The notes beneath the pieces were generated by a model. That model searched no databases, was not told where the DNA came from, and was given only the letters and a program-made list of their open reading frames with translations. A stretch of 64,000 nt of DNA from Octopus vulgaris (lineage: Eukaryota). Location: positions 66,712,001 to 66,776,000 of the forward strand of contig OX597827.1 in the NCBI GenBank assembly GCA_951406725.2, read 5' to 3'. Each line of letters opens with the position of its first letter. Positions within the stretch are counted from its first letter, which is position 1. The translations under genes and the position numbers were made by a program. Positions 14,096 to 27,169 of this stretch are shown in pieces.

Positions 14096-14316
14096 TTGTG
14101 TGTCTGTGTTTGTCCCCCTAGCATTGCTTGACAACCGATGCTGGTGTGTCTACGTCCCCGCCACTTAGCGGTTCGGCAAAAGAGACCGATAGAATAAGTA
14201 CTGGGCTTACAAAGAATAAGTTCCGGGGTCGATTTGATCGACTAAAGGCGGTGCTCCAGCATGGCCGCAGTCAAATGACTGAAACAAATAAAAGAGTAAA
14301 AGAGTAAAGAGTAAAG
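13888..14316 (+). mobile_element. SINE family A, full length
   Basis: Head ggagtggctgtgtggtaag, core ggcatcttgggcaagtg, internal microsatellite, tail (aaaagagt)n. Confidence 0.93.
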
Positions 14317-14782
14317 TCGATATAGAACAGATTTTATTCTAATGTTGTTGTTAACAGATTAATGCACGATGGTTAGGGGTTTTATTGCGATTTCATGTTA
14401 TAACATAATTACCTTGTTGTAAAGCTATCATAGCTAATAACGTCTACCGCAACGTTGTGATATCTTTCATTTTAATTCTCTTATATGATTATATATCATT
14501 AGGCGACTCTTTCCATACTCTCTAATATGTATAATATTATTAAAAAATCCTTATGTAATAAAGAGAAATATAAACGTTGATGGATACGTTTATTTAATAG
14601 ACTGTTAATATGTAATATCATTGTACTTGATGAAATGTATGGGATCATTTAATTATAAAAGGAAGCTGGAGAGATAATCAGTTACGTAAACAGCATTTGT
14701 ATCATTCGTTAGCTATTAATCTTAGTATACTAAATTAAGTATGACAGATACATACTCGCACGCCCCCATACACACACAGTGC

Positions 14783-14940
14783 ACAGGCATGGCTGTGTGG
14801 CAAGAAGCTTGTTTCCCTACCACGTTTCTGTGTACAGTCCCAATGCAGGACAACTGTGGCAAGTGTCTTCTACTTTTGCCCGGGGCTGAAGAAAATCTTG
14901 TGAGTGGATTTGGTAGACAGAAATTGAAAGACGCCCATCA
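14783..14940 (+). mobile_element. SINE family A, diverged 5' half
   Basis: ggcatggctgtgtggcaagaagcttg...gtgagtggatttggtagacagaaattgaaag. Confidence 0.75.
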
Positions 14941-14947
14941 TAGATCT

Positions 14948-15130
14948 ATCATTCGCCATGATAGATCATTAGCCACTACACATTTTTTATTTTCTCTCCT
15001 TGTTTCCCTCTGTGTTCTTTTCTGTGGAAGAGCATAGGCTCGAAACATTAAAGACTTTTTCACATACCGAGCGTTATACTAATACATACGTTTGCTGTCT
15101 GCACCAACTGTCTTCTTTTTTGTGAATTCT

Positions 15131-15133
<3 letters not shown>
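14948..15133 (+). mobile_element. PLE pLTR-like fragment (family P1) with 5' mini-hairpin and HHR-like motif at 15016-15054
   Basis: Hairpin gatctatcat-tcgcc-atgatagatc; CTGTGGA-a-gagc(atag)gctc-GAAAC-ATT-aaag; 3' end abuts (TA)n. Confidence 0.62.
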
Positions 15134-15192
<59 letters not shown>

Positions 15193-15199
15193 ATATATA

Positions 15200-15589
15200 C
15201 TAGCAGTATCGCCCGGCGTTGCTCGGGTTTGTAAGGGAAATGACTATAAAGAATTTTTAGATAGTTATAGCCCAAAAATAGCAAAAAATGCATTAAAAAT
15301 GGAAGACAAATGATGGTAATTTTTTTTTAAATCGTTGACTCATCGTAGACATTTTTAGAGAGTTACATCCCTTATATTTAAGAAAATATGCATTAAAATG
15401 GAAAGAAATTATGGTAAATTATTTTTAAAATCGTAGACTCATCGTAGACGCGCGCTAATACCCAGAAGTGCTTGATCTGAATCACGACTATAAGATACCT
15501 GGTTTTGGTTAAACTGCACCGCAAAATGTGGGAGTAGTTAGGAATCTAAATCGGAGTAGACAGACACACAACCTTTCTTTTATATATAA

Positions 15590-15592
<3 letters not shown>
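15200..15592 (-). mobile_element. Non-autonomous Helitron
   Basis: On the minus strand: 5' TC start (tctttatatata), subterminal hairpin cccgagcaacgccggg, 3' CTAG end, inserted between A and T; internal ~100-bp tandem duplication. Confidence 0.85.
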
Positions 15593-15672
<80 letters not shown>

Positions 15673-16067
15673 TACTGAGGCCAATTTGCTCGACTCTTTT
15701 GTTCTTCAAGACTTAGCTCCAGCATGGCTGCACTCTAATAACTAAAAACTATAAAAGATAAAACGATATACATTGACGATAATTATATTAACTTCAATAT
15801 TGTGTCACTTGGCAATGTTTCGTGATACAATGAGGGTTCCTCAGTCGAATATCAGAATAAATTATGCAGTGAAAATTAATTATCACAGAATACAAATCTA
15901 AATGCCATATGGCAAAAGATCCGCGTACCATAATGTTGCTCTTGTTAATCTTACAACAAACGATATCCAGTTGGCATGAACTTTCTGAATATGAAGTTAA
16001 TTTTTAATGCCTCTTTGACTGTAATGTCATCTCCCGATTCGAGATATATCTATTATACTATATTGAG

Positions 16068-16190
16068 TGAGGATGGTAGCCTAGTGGTTAGGGTGTCGCG
16101 ATAGCGTGCTTGGAATTTATATTCCCTGTCTGGGCGGCGCGTGGTACTGTTGAGCGAAACACAATATTTCAATTTGCTATGTGATCACTG
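16068..16190 (+). mobile_element. Highly diverged SINE head (family C-like)
   Basis: tggtagcctagtggttagggtgtcgcg. Confidence 0.45.
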
Positions 16191-16585
16191 TGGCATCAGA
16201 GAGATAGCATACCTATGTCTTGTACACGCAATATCCATTTTATGAAGTGAATTTGCAGTGAAAATATTTGATCATTATCAAAGATTTCTTCGAGTTGTTC
16301 GATTATTAATTACAGGGTGCTGTCGTGGTTTCTATCTCGGGGCAATCATAATGGGGTGCCGTATTCCAATGAAGTGTGCTTGGATAATTTAAAGGTTTAA
16401 TACAGTTTTGTGTACCAGTAAGATATGTATTGATATGCTGCCTACACATGCTACTCCACCCGTAAAATAACATCTTGCTACGATCAATGAGAAAGCAGTT
16501 AAAGTTTATGTAGACATGAGTCAAAAACATAATTATATTCTTTGGACTACACGATTTCAAATTTGTCGACTACAAGAGGAGACTG

Positions 16586-16890
16586 TGGAGGCACATGGCC
16601 TAGTGGTTAGAGCAGCGGACTCGCGTTCGAGGGATCGCGGGTTCGAATGTCAGACCGGATGATGTGCGTGTTTATGAGCGAGACACCTAAGCTCCACGCG
16701 GCTCCGGCAGAAGATAATGGCGAACCTCTGCTGCCACTTTCGCCACAACCTTCTCTCACTCTTTCCTCCTGCATCTTGCAACTCACCTGCGACGGACCGG
16801 CGTCCCGTCCAGGTGGGGAACCTATACGCCAAGGAAACAGCGAACCCGGCCCTATGAGCCAGGCGTGGCTCGAGAAAGAACAAACAAACG
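16586..16890 (+). mobile_element. SINE family C2-like with 11-bp TSD (1 mismatch)
   Basis: tggaggcacatggcctagtggttagagcagcggactcg...ggttcgaat; TSD agaggagactg 16575-16585 / agaggagagtg 16891-16901. Confidence 0.88.
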
Positions 16891-17472
16891 AGAGGAGAGT
16901 GCACAATACTATTTTAGAAGGAGCTGGCATATCTGAAATCGTGTAGTTGAAGGAATTTAATTATAATTGTAGTTATGTAGTCTAATTAATGTTTATATAA
17001 ATTTTCACTACTTTCTCATTGTTCGTAACAAGATATTATTTTAGGGGTGGGTCAGCACGTGTAGTTAGTATAGCAGTAAAGATCTTCTCAGCACACAAAA
17101 CTGCTGTAAATCTTTAGATTAGACAAGCCCATTTCATTGGAGTGCATATCCGTTTCATGAGCTGCTGTAGGGAGTGACCACGAAAGTTGGTTACCATTCT
17201 TAAGTAAACATTACGTCAGATAAATGAATTTTACACCGGAAAGTACTAAAAAGTAACGAAGCCTAAACGACACAAGACACAGTTCACATTCATTTGCGTG
17301 TTAGGTTTATTTAATTTGACACAAAATTCTTGTAAATCAGACTCCCTCTCGCTCTTTATCTCTCTCTCTCTCTCTCTTGCACATAGATATTGTCACGTAT
17401 TCACATATAAAATTCAATAAAAGTGCAAAAATATCAAGTTTAGTATAATAAATTAGGAAACAAAATTACGTA

Positions 17473-17856
17473 TAGGTGCAGGGGTGTCTGTGGAGTTAGA
17501 AACGGAGTTCCAAACCGTAGAGTTCTGGGTGGTTCGTTGGGCAATGTTCTACTATAGCCTCGGGCCGACCGAAGAATTTTGAACGGGTTTGGCAGACAGA
17601 AACTGAAAGAAGCCCGTCGTGCATGTATGAATCTATGAGTGTGTCATTTTGTCTGCTTGTCCCCCACCGCAGATTGGCAACCGGTGTTGGTGTGTTTATG
17701 TCCCCGTAATTTAGCTGTGTTGCAAAAGAGACAGATATGATAAATAGTAGGTTTTAAAAAATAATACTAGGATCGATTCATTCGACTGAAATTCATCTAA
17801 GCGATGCTCCAGTATGGCCGCTGTCTAACAACTAAAACAAGTACAAGATAAAAGAG
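17473..17856 (+). mobile_element. SINE family A, old diverged copy
   Basis: ctactatagcctcgggccgacc, gaaactgaaagaagcccgtcg, ctccagtatggccgc, aagataaaagag tail. Confidence 0.8.
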
Positions 17857-18974
17857 AACACAACCCATTCTATGCATTCATCAATGAATAAAATGAAATA
17901 AAGCATAGCTTCATAGTTTCATATATTTTCTGCGCTTTGCTTTCATACCAAAAAATTCATACCGATCGCATGTCACACGCTTCGTAGCTATTAATGGATT
18001 ACAACGCAAAAATCATATAATAACCATTACTACTGACCCGTAGTAAACATAATTCAAGTGAAACAATAGCTTTGGAAATAAATATAATTTCATAAAATAT
18101 TGCAACACATATTGCACTTAATTGCACACTTGATCAATAACAACAGAAATATAAAAAAAAAGCAATCCCTTGATGAAGTAAAACTAATATGATACACACA
18201 TAAATTTTTCAAGATCAAACGGTACTAAAACTGCATAAATCTGTGCAAACCAAGGTGGTGCAATATAACTATGCATTAATCTCTTTATAAGAACGTGGTG
18301 ACACTTTAATAATAAAGACAATATTCGATATGGAAGCGAAGCAAACTTAAAACAAAAAAATAAAATCAAGTAATGACACCGGGTACACGTTTTACTTAAT
18401 CGAATAGGAAGGCAATTGACTATCGTTCATAAAACATAGGTTTTATGATATTCAGAAGAGTATGATCGCCTAGGAAAAGCACTTCAAAAAATAAAATTAA
18501 GTGGATGCTACATCCATGAGATAAAGACATGGATGTTAAATATCAAAGGATGTTCCTTGTGTTGTGAAAGCAATAAGCTATTTGATGACACAGAAACACG
18601 AGGGAAATTTTCTAGTAAACTGAATGGGACAGTGGATCGAATATATGCAGTACAATATGGCAGCTCAATGGAACGGAGGGAACAGGTAGAAAACTCTATA
18701 GTGTGAACTATATGCAACACTACATACTAGCAGTAACAAAATTGTCGATTTCTGATTGAGTTGCTTGAATAATCCCTATGATCACATGGTGATATATTTC
18801 CGTGAGGTGGTCAGCGAATGAAAATTAGCATTGGAATGTTTACTGGAGATTAAAAAAAAACGTTTAGCTCCAGAGATACAGACCTCTACCAACAGATATA
18901 ATTTTTTTCCCTACATATTGGGTAATTACCTGGAGAGTTATAACATTATATATCAAGGAAGAGACCTACCGGAA

Positions 18975-19077
18975 AAAGTTAGGTTCCGGGTTCAGTCGCA
19001 CTGCGTGGCACCTTGGGCAAGTGTCTTCTATAGCCTCGGGCCGAGCAAAGCCTTGTGAGTGGATTTGGTAGACGGAA
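18975..19077 (+). mobile_element. SINE family A fragment
   Basis: ggttccgggttcagtcgcactgcgtggcaccttgggcaagtg...gtagacggaa. Confidence 0.85.
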
Positions 19078-19140
19078 GGTTGCAAACTTGGCACATATAA
19101 GCGGAAAATGAGGCAGGGTTATCTTGAGTAGTTAACCTAA

Positions 19141-19419
19141 TAGCATTGTTTTTTCCACATTATTGAATACTGCAGGGATCTGGATATATAAACAAATCAT
19201 TCGAAATACTAACATTTTTCTTGCTTTCCTGTCTATTTTGGTTAGTTCATTTAGTGTCCAGTTTAAGATATTGTAGCTGTAACTTATAACTGGAACGGCT
19301 AAAGTATTAATACCTATTATCTTGTTTTTAGCATTGAGCGCTGAATTTAGTATTGTTATTCCACATTATTGTATACTGCAGGCATCAGGATATATAAACA
19401 AATCATTCGAAATGCTAAC
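19141..19419 (+). repeat. ~72-bp direct repeat pair (19141-19213, 19348-19419)
   Basis: ttccacattattg.atactgcagg..atc.ggatatataaacaaatcattcgaaat.ctaac occurs twice. Confidence 0.8.
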
Positions 19420-20056
19420 GGATTACATCAGCCATATCATCTCAAAATGGAAATCAACAAAATAATTACATGACGGATAGAGTATAATAAAAATTAACGT
19501 TATACATTTACGGACGCTTATTATCTCCTGCTTTATTTTGACATTTTCTGACGTCTGCTGAATGAACATTCTAATGCTTATATATGCAACACATCCATCA
19601 TAAATAATGTGCTTTAAAAAGACAACTGAAATATTTTTACTGTATTGAAAGAAAAAAATAAAACAGCAAGAAAGCTTATTACAAACTTAGCTGATAAATT
19701 CAATAAAACCAAGACGGTAAAGTGCATTAGGGATTATAGAAATATAACAAATCTATTGTTAGAAAAGATTACTAAAATGGTGGACTTTAAATTAGATAAA
19801 CAACGGAACTAGAAAAGAACAGACGAGGACGACACAGAAATACTTCGGAGTAGATGAGACTGATTAATCAACACGGAGAAATGAAGGAGAAAATAAAACT
19901 AAAAGAAACATACAATTACAGAATAGTTAGCCTAATGAACTTATTGCTAGAAATAGTATGATAGGTATAAATACACCAGAAATCCCAGTTATTCGATATA
20001 TTAATCTGGAAGGTCTGTGAATAGAAAAGTTTAGGAAGACAAATGGGGAAAGTACT

Positions 20057-20087
<31 letters not shown>

Positions 20088-20132
20088 ATATATATAATAT
20101 ATAAGCATATAAATATAAATATATGTGTGTGT

Positions 20133-20193
<61 letters not shown>

Positions 20194-20495
20194 AATGTAT
20201 GTATAGTATATTTGCCGATGCCTGTGATCTGTTAATTTATCTATCATGTATCTTCTGTAGAAATTAGCTACTGTAAAAGATGTTCTTGGTAAGTATTCTT
20301 CAAATCGACAATTTGCAAATATGTAAAAGCTATGACAAATTACACACGGGAGCTCGTTATTTTGTGAACCGATTGTTGCATCTGATTGAACAAAATCATT
20401 TACAACTTTAAACGAAATCAGAACAAGATAATTTTTTGTTTCCTGAAGGGATTATATGGTTATTTAATGCAGATATGAGCGTATGTATATTACAT

Positions 20496-20587
<92 letters not shown>

Positions 20588-20660
20588 GTGATAGTGAGTG
20601 TGTGTTTGCATGTATAAATATGTATATACATAGACATACATACGCACACACAGAAATGTA

Positions 20661-20696
<36 letters not shown>

Positions 20697-20746
20697 GTAT
20701 ATATATATATATATATATATATAAATATAGATAGATAGACAGCTAA

Positions 20747-20801
<55 letters not shown>

Positions 20802-21121
20802 GTTAGGTAGATGAATACATGCATAGATCGAGAAATAGATGGGTTTTTTTGAAAAGGACAGATGTAGGGAACACGCAGAAATTAATGAACCCGATTCATC
20901 TCGTAACATTAAAGAGTCAATTATGAATCCTCATACAGACCCAGTTATTTTTTAAAACATTTCATTCTTAAATCTTTATTTTGAGTCATACTGATACATC
21001 AAACAAACTATGCCTACCACTTTACACACACATACGCATAAATAAATATATATATACATACATGTATTTGTGTGTGTATGTATGTGCCTTCGAATATAAA
21101 TTTACGCAAACATAGCTACAC

Positions 21122-21164
<43 letters not shown>

Positions 21165-21625
21165 GGTGACAGGAAAGGATAAATGAACAATATCCCCTTC
21201 CTTGATTGAAGAGGTCATTGCATTTCGTTTGGCTTGAATGTGATCAACCGACCTGCATAGTAGTTGCGTATTTTGCTCATCTCTCTGTCTAACTATTATT
21301 CTGTTATGTCCCACCCTTCTCTGTCTTTCGTGCACTACAGTTTAACTACTTGAGAAATAAGCTAAGCTAAGAGTGGTCGTGGGAAAATTGTATCTTCCCT
21401 ACTCCTAGACTGTATAGTCTCGGAAAAGTGTTAAGTAATACATGAGTTGAACTTGAAAATCATATTTGCTAGCAACTGGCTTGCAACCTGTGTGTACATG
21501 TCTATGTTTGTGAATATGAAAAGCTGATCTTACAAACCAAGGAAAGTGCCTTTTTCATAAGCCAATATTTAAACCTGAAACCAGTTTTTTAATAGACATA
21601 AGTTGTTAATAATTGACTTTCACAA

Positions 21626-21800
21626 GGCGCCAAGCTGGCACGCCAGGCAATAATCTTTACAGCATTTCGTCCTCCTTTAGGATCTGAATTCAAATTCCGC
21701 CGGAGTCGTCTTGTCTTTTCGTCATTTCGGAATAGATAAAATATTTATGAGTTAAATTTCGGGCTCGTTGTAATCGGCAACACCTCGGCCCAGAATTGCT
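21626..21800 (+). mobile_element. SINE family B, old diverged copy
   Basis: ggcgccaagctggca...tctgaattcaaattccgccggagtcg...tttcgtcatttcgg. Confidence 0.65.
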
Positions 21801-22954
21801 ATCCACGTACCACAAATGAGAACCGATAACAGTCTTTCATATATTGTGCATACTCGAGTTTTTAACATTTAAGATTTAAAACAATTATGGCTGTGTAACT
21901 TAGTTACTTGAAGAATTTGCAGTCACATGTTTTATATATATTAGATTGGTGCATAATTATTGCAGACTGAATTACTTTCGGACTTGAGTTAATGAGCTCA
22001 ACAATCTCTCTACTGTCATCAAAGCGACTTTTCTTCTGTTTTTCACTGCACACACGGAACTCAAGTTTTGTACAAAGTTTGTGCATGTTCAGGGTTACAA
22101 AAATAAATCTGTATATAGTTGCTACACCAACTCTGAACTGCATTTTATTTGTCTTTAGAGTCACCCGATATTCATCAAGAAAATTTGCGTATATTTTCGA
22201 TCAGCTCTGATACCCTAACATCCCACTCCTTTCCACACCCCTAATCATATCTCACTCCTACGTCCCCGTCCTTGAACCTCTTTTGTCAGTGAAAGACAGA
22301 GGGTACACTGATCCAAGTCTGGATCAATTCACATGATTTTGCTGTAAAGTTTCCCAATTTAACAGAAAATTTTATTGGCTAGCCTCTTTCAAATATATCT
22401 TCACTTCCGACTAGCTCATTCTGACAAGCAGTGTTTGATAGAGTGCGTTCAAAGTACCGTTAAAGTAGTCTCGTTCAATTTAGAATAAAATGTTGGCATG
22501 TCAGTTTATTCGATGTTTAGCAATAATACATTAAAATAATAATCTAGGTTAGATATTACTACCTCTCCTTAAAAAGTCTTAAACTTTCTGAAAAGCAACT
22601 CAGACACTATAAGACAATTACATCTAAGATGCTGCTGCGTACAGAAACGTCAACCACTGAGAAGCCACATTTCTTGAATATATCAACATTACAGCCTCTG
22701 TCCTTCAACAAATACCTGAAGAAATTACACAAAGAATGTGCCATATGTGATCAAACAGGTGATCGATTTTACGTTATATTGAACAACAGTAGTCGGACAG
22801 AAAATCGATAATCATCAAATTTTCGCTCTCGCGTAAGACCTAGAACGTAACGTTCAAGACGCCGAGAAGCGATTTATAGCAGAAAGTAGTATCGGATAAT
22901 ATATGAATGATCTGATCTCTGAGGGAGGAAAATAGCATTAATTTTACTTAGCAA

Positions 22955-23333
22955 GTGACTGTGTGGCTGAGCGGTAAGGAGATTGATACCCGGTCACATG
23001 GGACCGGGTTATGTGCTACAAGGTGACAATTTGTGTAATTGTCTTCTGTAGCCTCAGGACAACCCATGCCACGTGTGTGGATTATGTAGACGGAAACTGA
23101 AAGAAGCCCACCGCATGTGTGTGCGTGTTCATGTGTGTATCTTTGTAACCGTGTTTCTCAACCCGTCACCTCTTGATACCCAGTGTTGGTGTGTTTGAGT
23201 TCCCGTAACTTAGAGTTCAACAGAATAAATACTAGGCTTAAGATATAGGTCCTAGGATCGATTTGTTTAATTAGAAGCCCCCAACAGGTGCTCCGTCATG
23301 GTCGCAGTCAAATGGCTGAAAAAAGTAAAAGAA
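22955..23333 (+). mobile_element. SINE family A, old diverged copy
   Basis: gtagacggaaactgaaagaagccc; tail ggtgctccgtcatggtcgcagtcaaatggctgaaaaaagtaaaagaa. Confidence 0.8.
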
Positions 23334-24217
23334 TATATTAAAGGTAAACTAATGTCATAATTTAAAATCGTTCAAGCCTTCTTTGTGAATAATCTTCTGT
23401 GAACGTAACTCTACTTTTGCTTAGGCTTCGCCTCCAGTTGGTGTTTAACTCTGTGACAATAGCGATAATAATTTATGAAGAGGCTTGTGAAAATTCGTTT
23501 TCATTTCAGTGAGCATACACTAAGAAGTTGCTTCAAGCGGTGTTGCACCAGTGAAAAGCAAATTTCGAATAAAGATTTTCTCTTCTCAGTGCGTTGAGTT
23601 AATTCTCGGATGATTTAACACGATGAAGAAAACCGATTCACCTATTCAAAATCCTGAAAGAATACTTAGGTATAAAAAAATATATAAACATTAAAACAAT
23701 AAAAGAACCAAGAAATATCTTTGCTTGCAGCTATTAAACAGACTGAATTCTTCAGATGACTCTTTATCTAAGATAAATGAAACCCTCATTTCATTCACCT
23801 TTGCACAAGGTACTCCAAATTTATATAATTTTTATAGACTTTTACGTCTGATCGTATGGATGGTAACCATGAGGGCCATAAAAAAGGGGAATATGTCTAG
23901 ATTTACTATGAAAAAATTCCGTACGAACTGCCGCATCCAGTTAACGATGTTGGTCTTCAAACTACGATTCGTGTCAACATTTTGTGCCTGGAGACATATT
24001 TATCTATAATATGAGAAATGGCTTTTATTCAATATAAGCAGTTGTTGGATTTAATCCGAGACAAGGGAAAACAAAATAAGTTTTGAGAAGAAGAGATTAT
24101 ATATATTCATTATGTTTCTGCTAATGTATTGAGGAAAATTGCAAACTATCTTATATCAAGGCTAAAATGCATAGTAAAGATTCTTTGCATCAATTACTGT
24201 ATACATATATATATATA

Positions 24218-24331
24218 GGGAGAATTCACAAAAAAAAAAACAAAAGACGAAAACAGGCGGTGTAGACAACAAAGAGATGTATTAGTATAACGCTAGGGAA
24301 GTGAAAAAGGTTTTTAACGTTTCGAGCCTAT
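24218..24331 (-). mobile_element. Family P1 fragment truncated inside the HHR-like motif, between (TA)n tracts
   Basis: Reverse complement of 15035-15133 (taggctcgaaacgttaaaaacc...gtgaattctccc). Confidence 0.75.
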
Positions 24332-24337
24332 ATATAC

Positions 24338-24392
<55 letters not shown>

Positions 24393-24418
24393 TAATAATA
24401 ATAATAATAATAATAATG

Positions 24419-24513
<95 letters not shown>

Positions 24514-24713
24514 AAGAAGAAGAAGAAGAAGAAGAAGACGAAGAAGAAGAAGAAGAAGAAGAAGAAGAAGCAGAAGAAGAAGGAGAAGAAGAAGAAGAAG
24601 AAGAAGAAGAAGAAGCAGAAGAAGAAGGAGAAGAAGAAGAAGAAGAAGAAGAAGAAGAAGAAGAAGAAGAAGGAGAAGAAGAAAAAGAAGAAGAAGAACA
24701 ACAACAACAACAA
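24393..24713. repeat. Compound triplet microsatellite (AAT)n(AAG)n(AAC)n
   Basis: Directly visible; explains the poly-N/K/R/F ORFs. Confidence 0.97.
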
Positions 24714-24714
24714 A

Positions 24715-25098
24715 GGGTAAAATTAATTAATTAACTCGTAATCAATAATTTCACCAAGTAGAATTCGGCATGAAAAAGGTTCTTTTCTCGGTAAATTTAA
24801 GTAATATTTTATAATTAAGGCTCAGCAAAGATTTGCTTTACCACATACCGAAGTTTAGAAATAGCAGTCAGAAAACCTTAGCTATTTCCTCTATTTTAAA
24901 AGAGATTCCCGGACAAAAAAAAGTGCTCGAAAACAATCCACGCAATCTCTGTCTCCGTGGATTGTTTCCGAGCACTTTGTCTTTGTCCGGGAATCTCTTT
25001 TTAAAATAGAGGAAATAGCTAAGGTTCTCTGACTGCTATTTCTAAACTTCGGTATGTGGTAAAGCAAATCTTTGCTGAGCCCTAATTATAAAATATTA

Positions 25099-25102
<4 letters not shown>
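24715..25102 (-). mobile_element. Fold-back PLE-like relic (family P3): arms 24798-24942 and 24956-25102, 13-nt loop
   Basis: Near-perfect ~145-bp inverted repeat ending at (TA)n; 24715-24870 is homologous to the HHR-bearing element at 57165. Confidence 0.8.
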
Positions 25103-25144
<42 letters not shown>

Positions 25145-25150
25145 CATACA

Positions 25151-25184
<34 letters not shown>

Positions 25185-26164
25185 CATATATACATATGCC
25201 TAAGTGTGTGTGTCTGTTTTGGAGTGCATATGCGAGTAATGGTATCGTCTGTAGAATTTTCGTGGAAACTTGTAAGTTAAATGTATTGATAAATATATGA
25301 AGACATACATTCGGATACATTTTATGTGAGTGTGTGCGCGAGTGTGTGTGTATACGCGCATACGCACATGAACTATATATTTACTAAAGACAGGAATGCT
25401 ATTTTAAACATACTAACGGTTTAACACATACACAAGCTCACACACCCACACATACACAAACAGACATACACAATATCCGCATTACAAATTAAGCAAACGT
25501 AAGCGTTCGAGAAATAACATTTACAGAAATCACAATTTAAACATTTACAGCAACAATAGAATATAAAAGAGCTCATTACCTTTCAGAAACAATAACTTAG
25601 TTCCTTTGAATCCATTCATCTACAACTTTAAAAGAAATCAGGAACCAGTATTCATCAGTTCCTTGAAGGGATTCTACCGATGTTAATAGACAAATAAGCA
25701 TGAAGCACATACATGCATTCATATATACATACATACATACACATATGTATATATGTAAGAGCATTTATGCATATACGTATGCCAATATATAATATATATA
25801 CATATGTATATATATATGTGTGTATATTTACATATACATGCATGCATACGTGTACATATACATATAGGTATGTGTGTGTATATATAATATATATACATAC
25901 ATATATGTATATATATACATATATATATATGTGTATGTATATATATATATATACATATGTATGTGTATATATATATATATATATACACACACATATGTAT
26001 ATATATATATATATGTATATGTACATATATGCATGCATATATATATAAATATGCACACATATATATACATATATATATATATATATATTATATTGACATA
26101 CGTATATACATAAATGCTTTGACAGACACACACAAACACACACACATATACACACACATATATA

Positions 26165-26400
26165 AAGTAAGCAAGAGGTTTTACGGAGCGACGGAGCCTT
26201 CGCATGTATAAATCAAATGTCGGACAGTAAGAACATAACAAGCGAAACCAACAAAACTCAACATGCGGAAAAACAGACGACAGCACGACAAAAAGCAAAC
26301 AGGACAAAAACAAGATACACGGATAATTCGAAGGCAATTTCTTCATCAGTCGGAGTTCAGAAACTCCTTGTAGTTTCGCCTGAGGACTGTCCAACAGTCC
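26165..26400 (-). mobile_element. Repeat fragment with GAAA...hairpin...CUGAUGA motif (possibly PLE-derived)
   Basis: catcagtcgg...cttgtagtttcgcc is shared with 43268-43322. Confidence 0.45.
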
Positions 26401-26409
26401 AATCTGAGG

Positions 26410-26750
26410 ACATGTACCGAGGCTGATACAAATCAAACATCCATTCGACATCACTGTGTTTCGAGTGATTGCTAGTCATGGTTATGATATGCCACCGTAC
26501 ATCTTCCGACACGGCATCAGAATCAACAGGAAGGCATACATCATGTCCCTGGAGGGGATAGTGCTGCCCTGGACTCTGCACCATCCACACAAATAACAGA
26601 GCCCAGTGACGGTTGTCAAACAATGTCTGCAACCAGATCACCACCAACATCTGGCCACCTAACTCCCCAGACTGCAACCCACTAGATTATTATGTGCGCG
26701 GCGCACTGAAGGCAAGGATTACGGCAGCATTGACCAACTTAAGCAAGGAG
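26410..26750 (+). mobile_element. Decayed Tc1/mariner (maT-like) transposase fragment
   Basis: Manual translation: KHPFDITVFRVIASHGYDMPPYIFRHGIRINRKAY...DSAP...NIWPPNSPDCNPLDYYV. Confidence 0.8.
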
Positions 26751-27169
26751 TGGGTTAGGGCTTGAATCACAGAGAGAAGACAGAGGCAGTTTGTGATATA
26801 TCGCGGTTTGTGTTATACTTAATCGGGTGTAAGAATGAATTCCATCTTCTACACCAGTAACTTTTAAACAATATCTTTAAACAACATCTTTTTGATATAT
26901 TTTTAAATAGAATTCGATTGACTACACAGAAGTTCACCCTCTTTATCTCTGACAAGTGGATGTATTACCTAATATTGATTATCAATTTTAGATTCTACTT
27001 CTAAGGGAAATAAATGCATTCACGAAATGATGAACTGAAGGCAATGATTATGGCAGCATTGAGCAACTTAAGCAAGCAGTGGTTTAGGGTTTGAAAGACA
27101 TAGGCGGGTTGAGATATATCTCGGTTTGTGTTATACTTAATCGGATGTAAGAACGAAATCCATCTTCTA
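26706..27169 (+). repeat. ~140-bp direct repeat pair (26706-26850, 27035-27169) spanning the transposon end and flank
   Basis: ctgaaggcaa.gatta.ggcagcattga.caacttaagcaag...cggtttgtgttatacttaatcgg.tgtaagaa.gaa.tccatcttcta occurs twice. Confidence 0.85.

Noticed and set aside
21939-21967. Mariner-like TIR ttagattggtgcataattattgc
   Set aside because: It is solitary, with no partner TIR or transposase remnant nearby.
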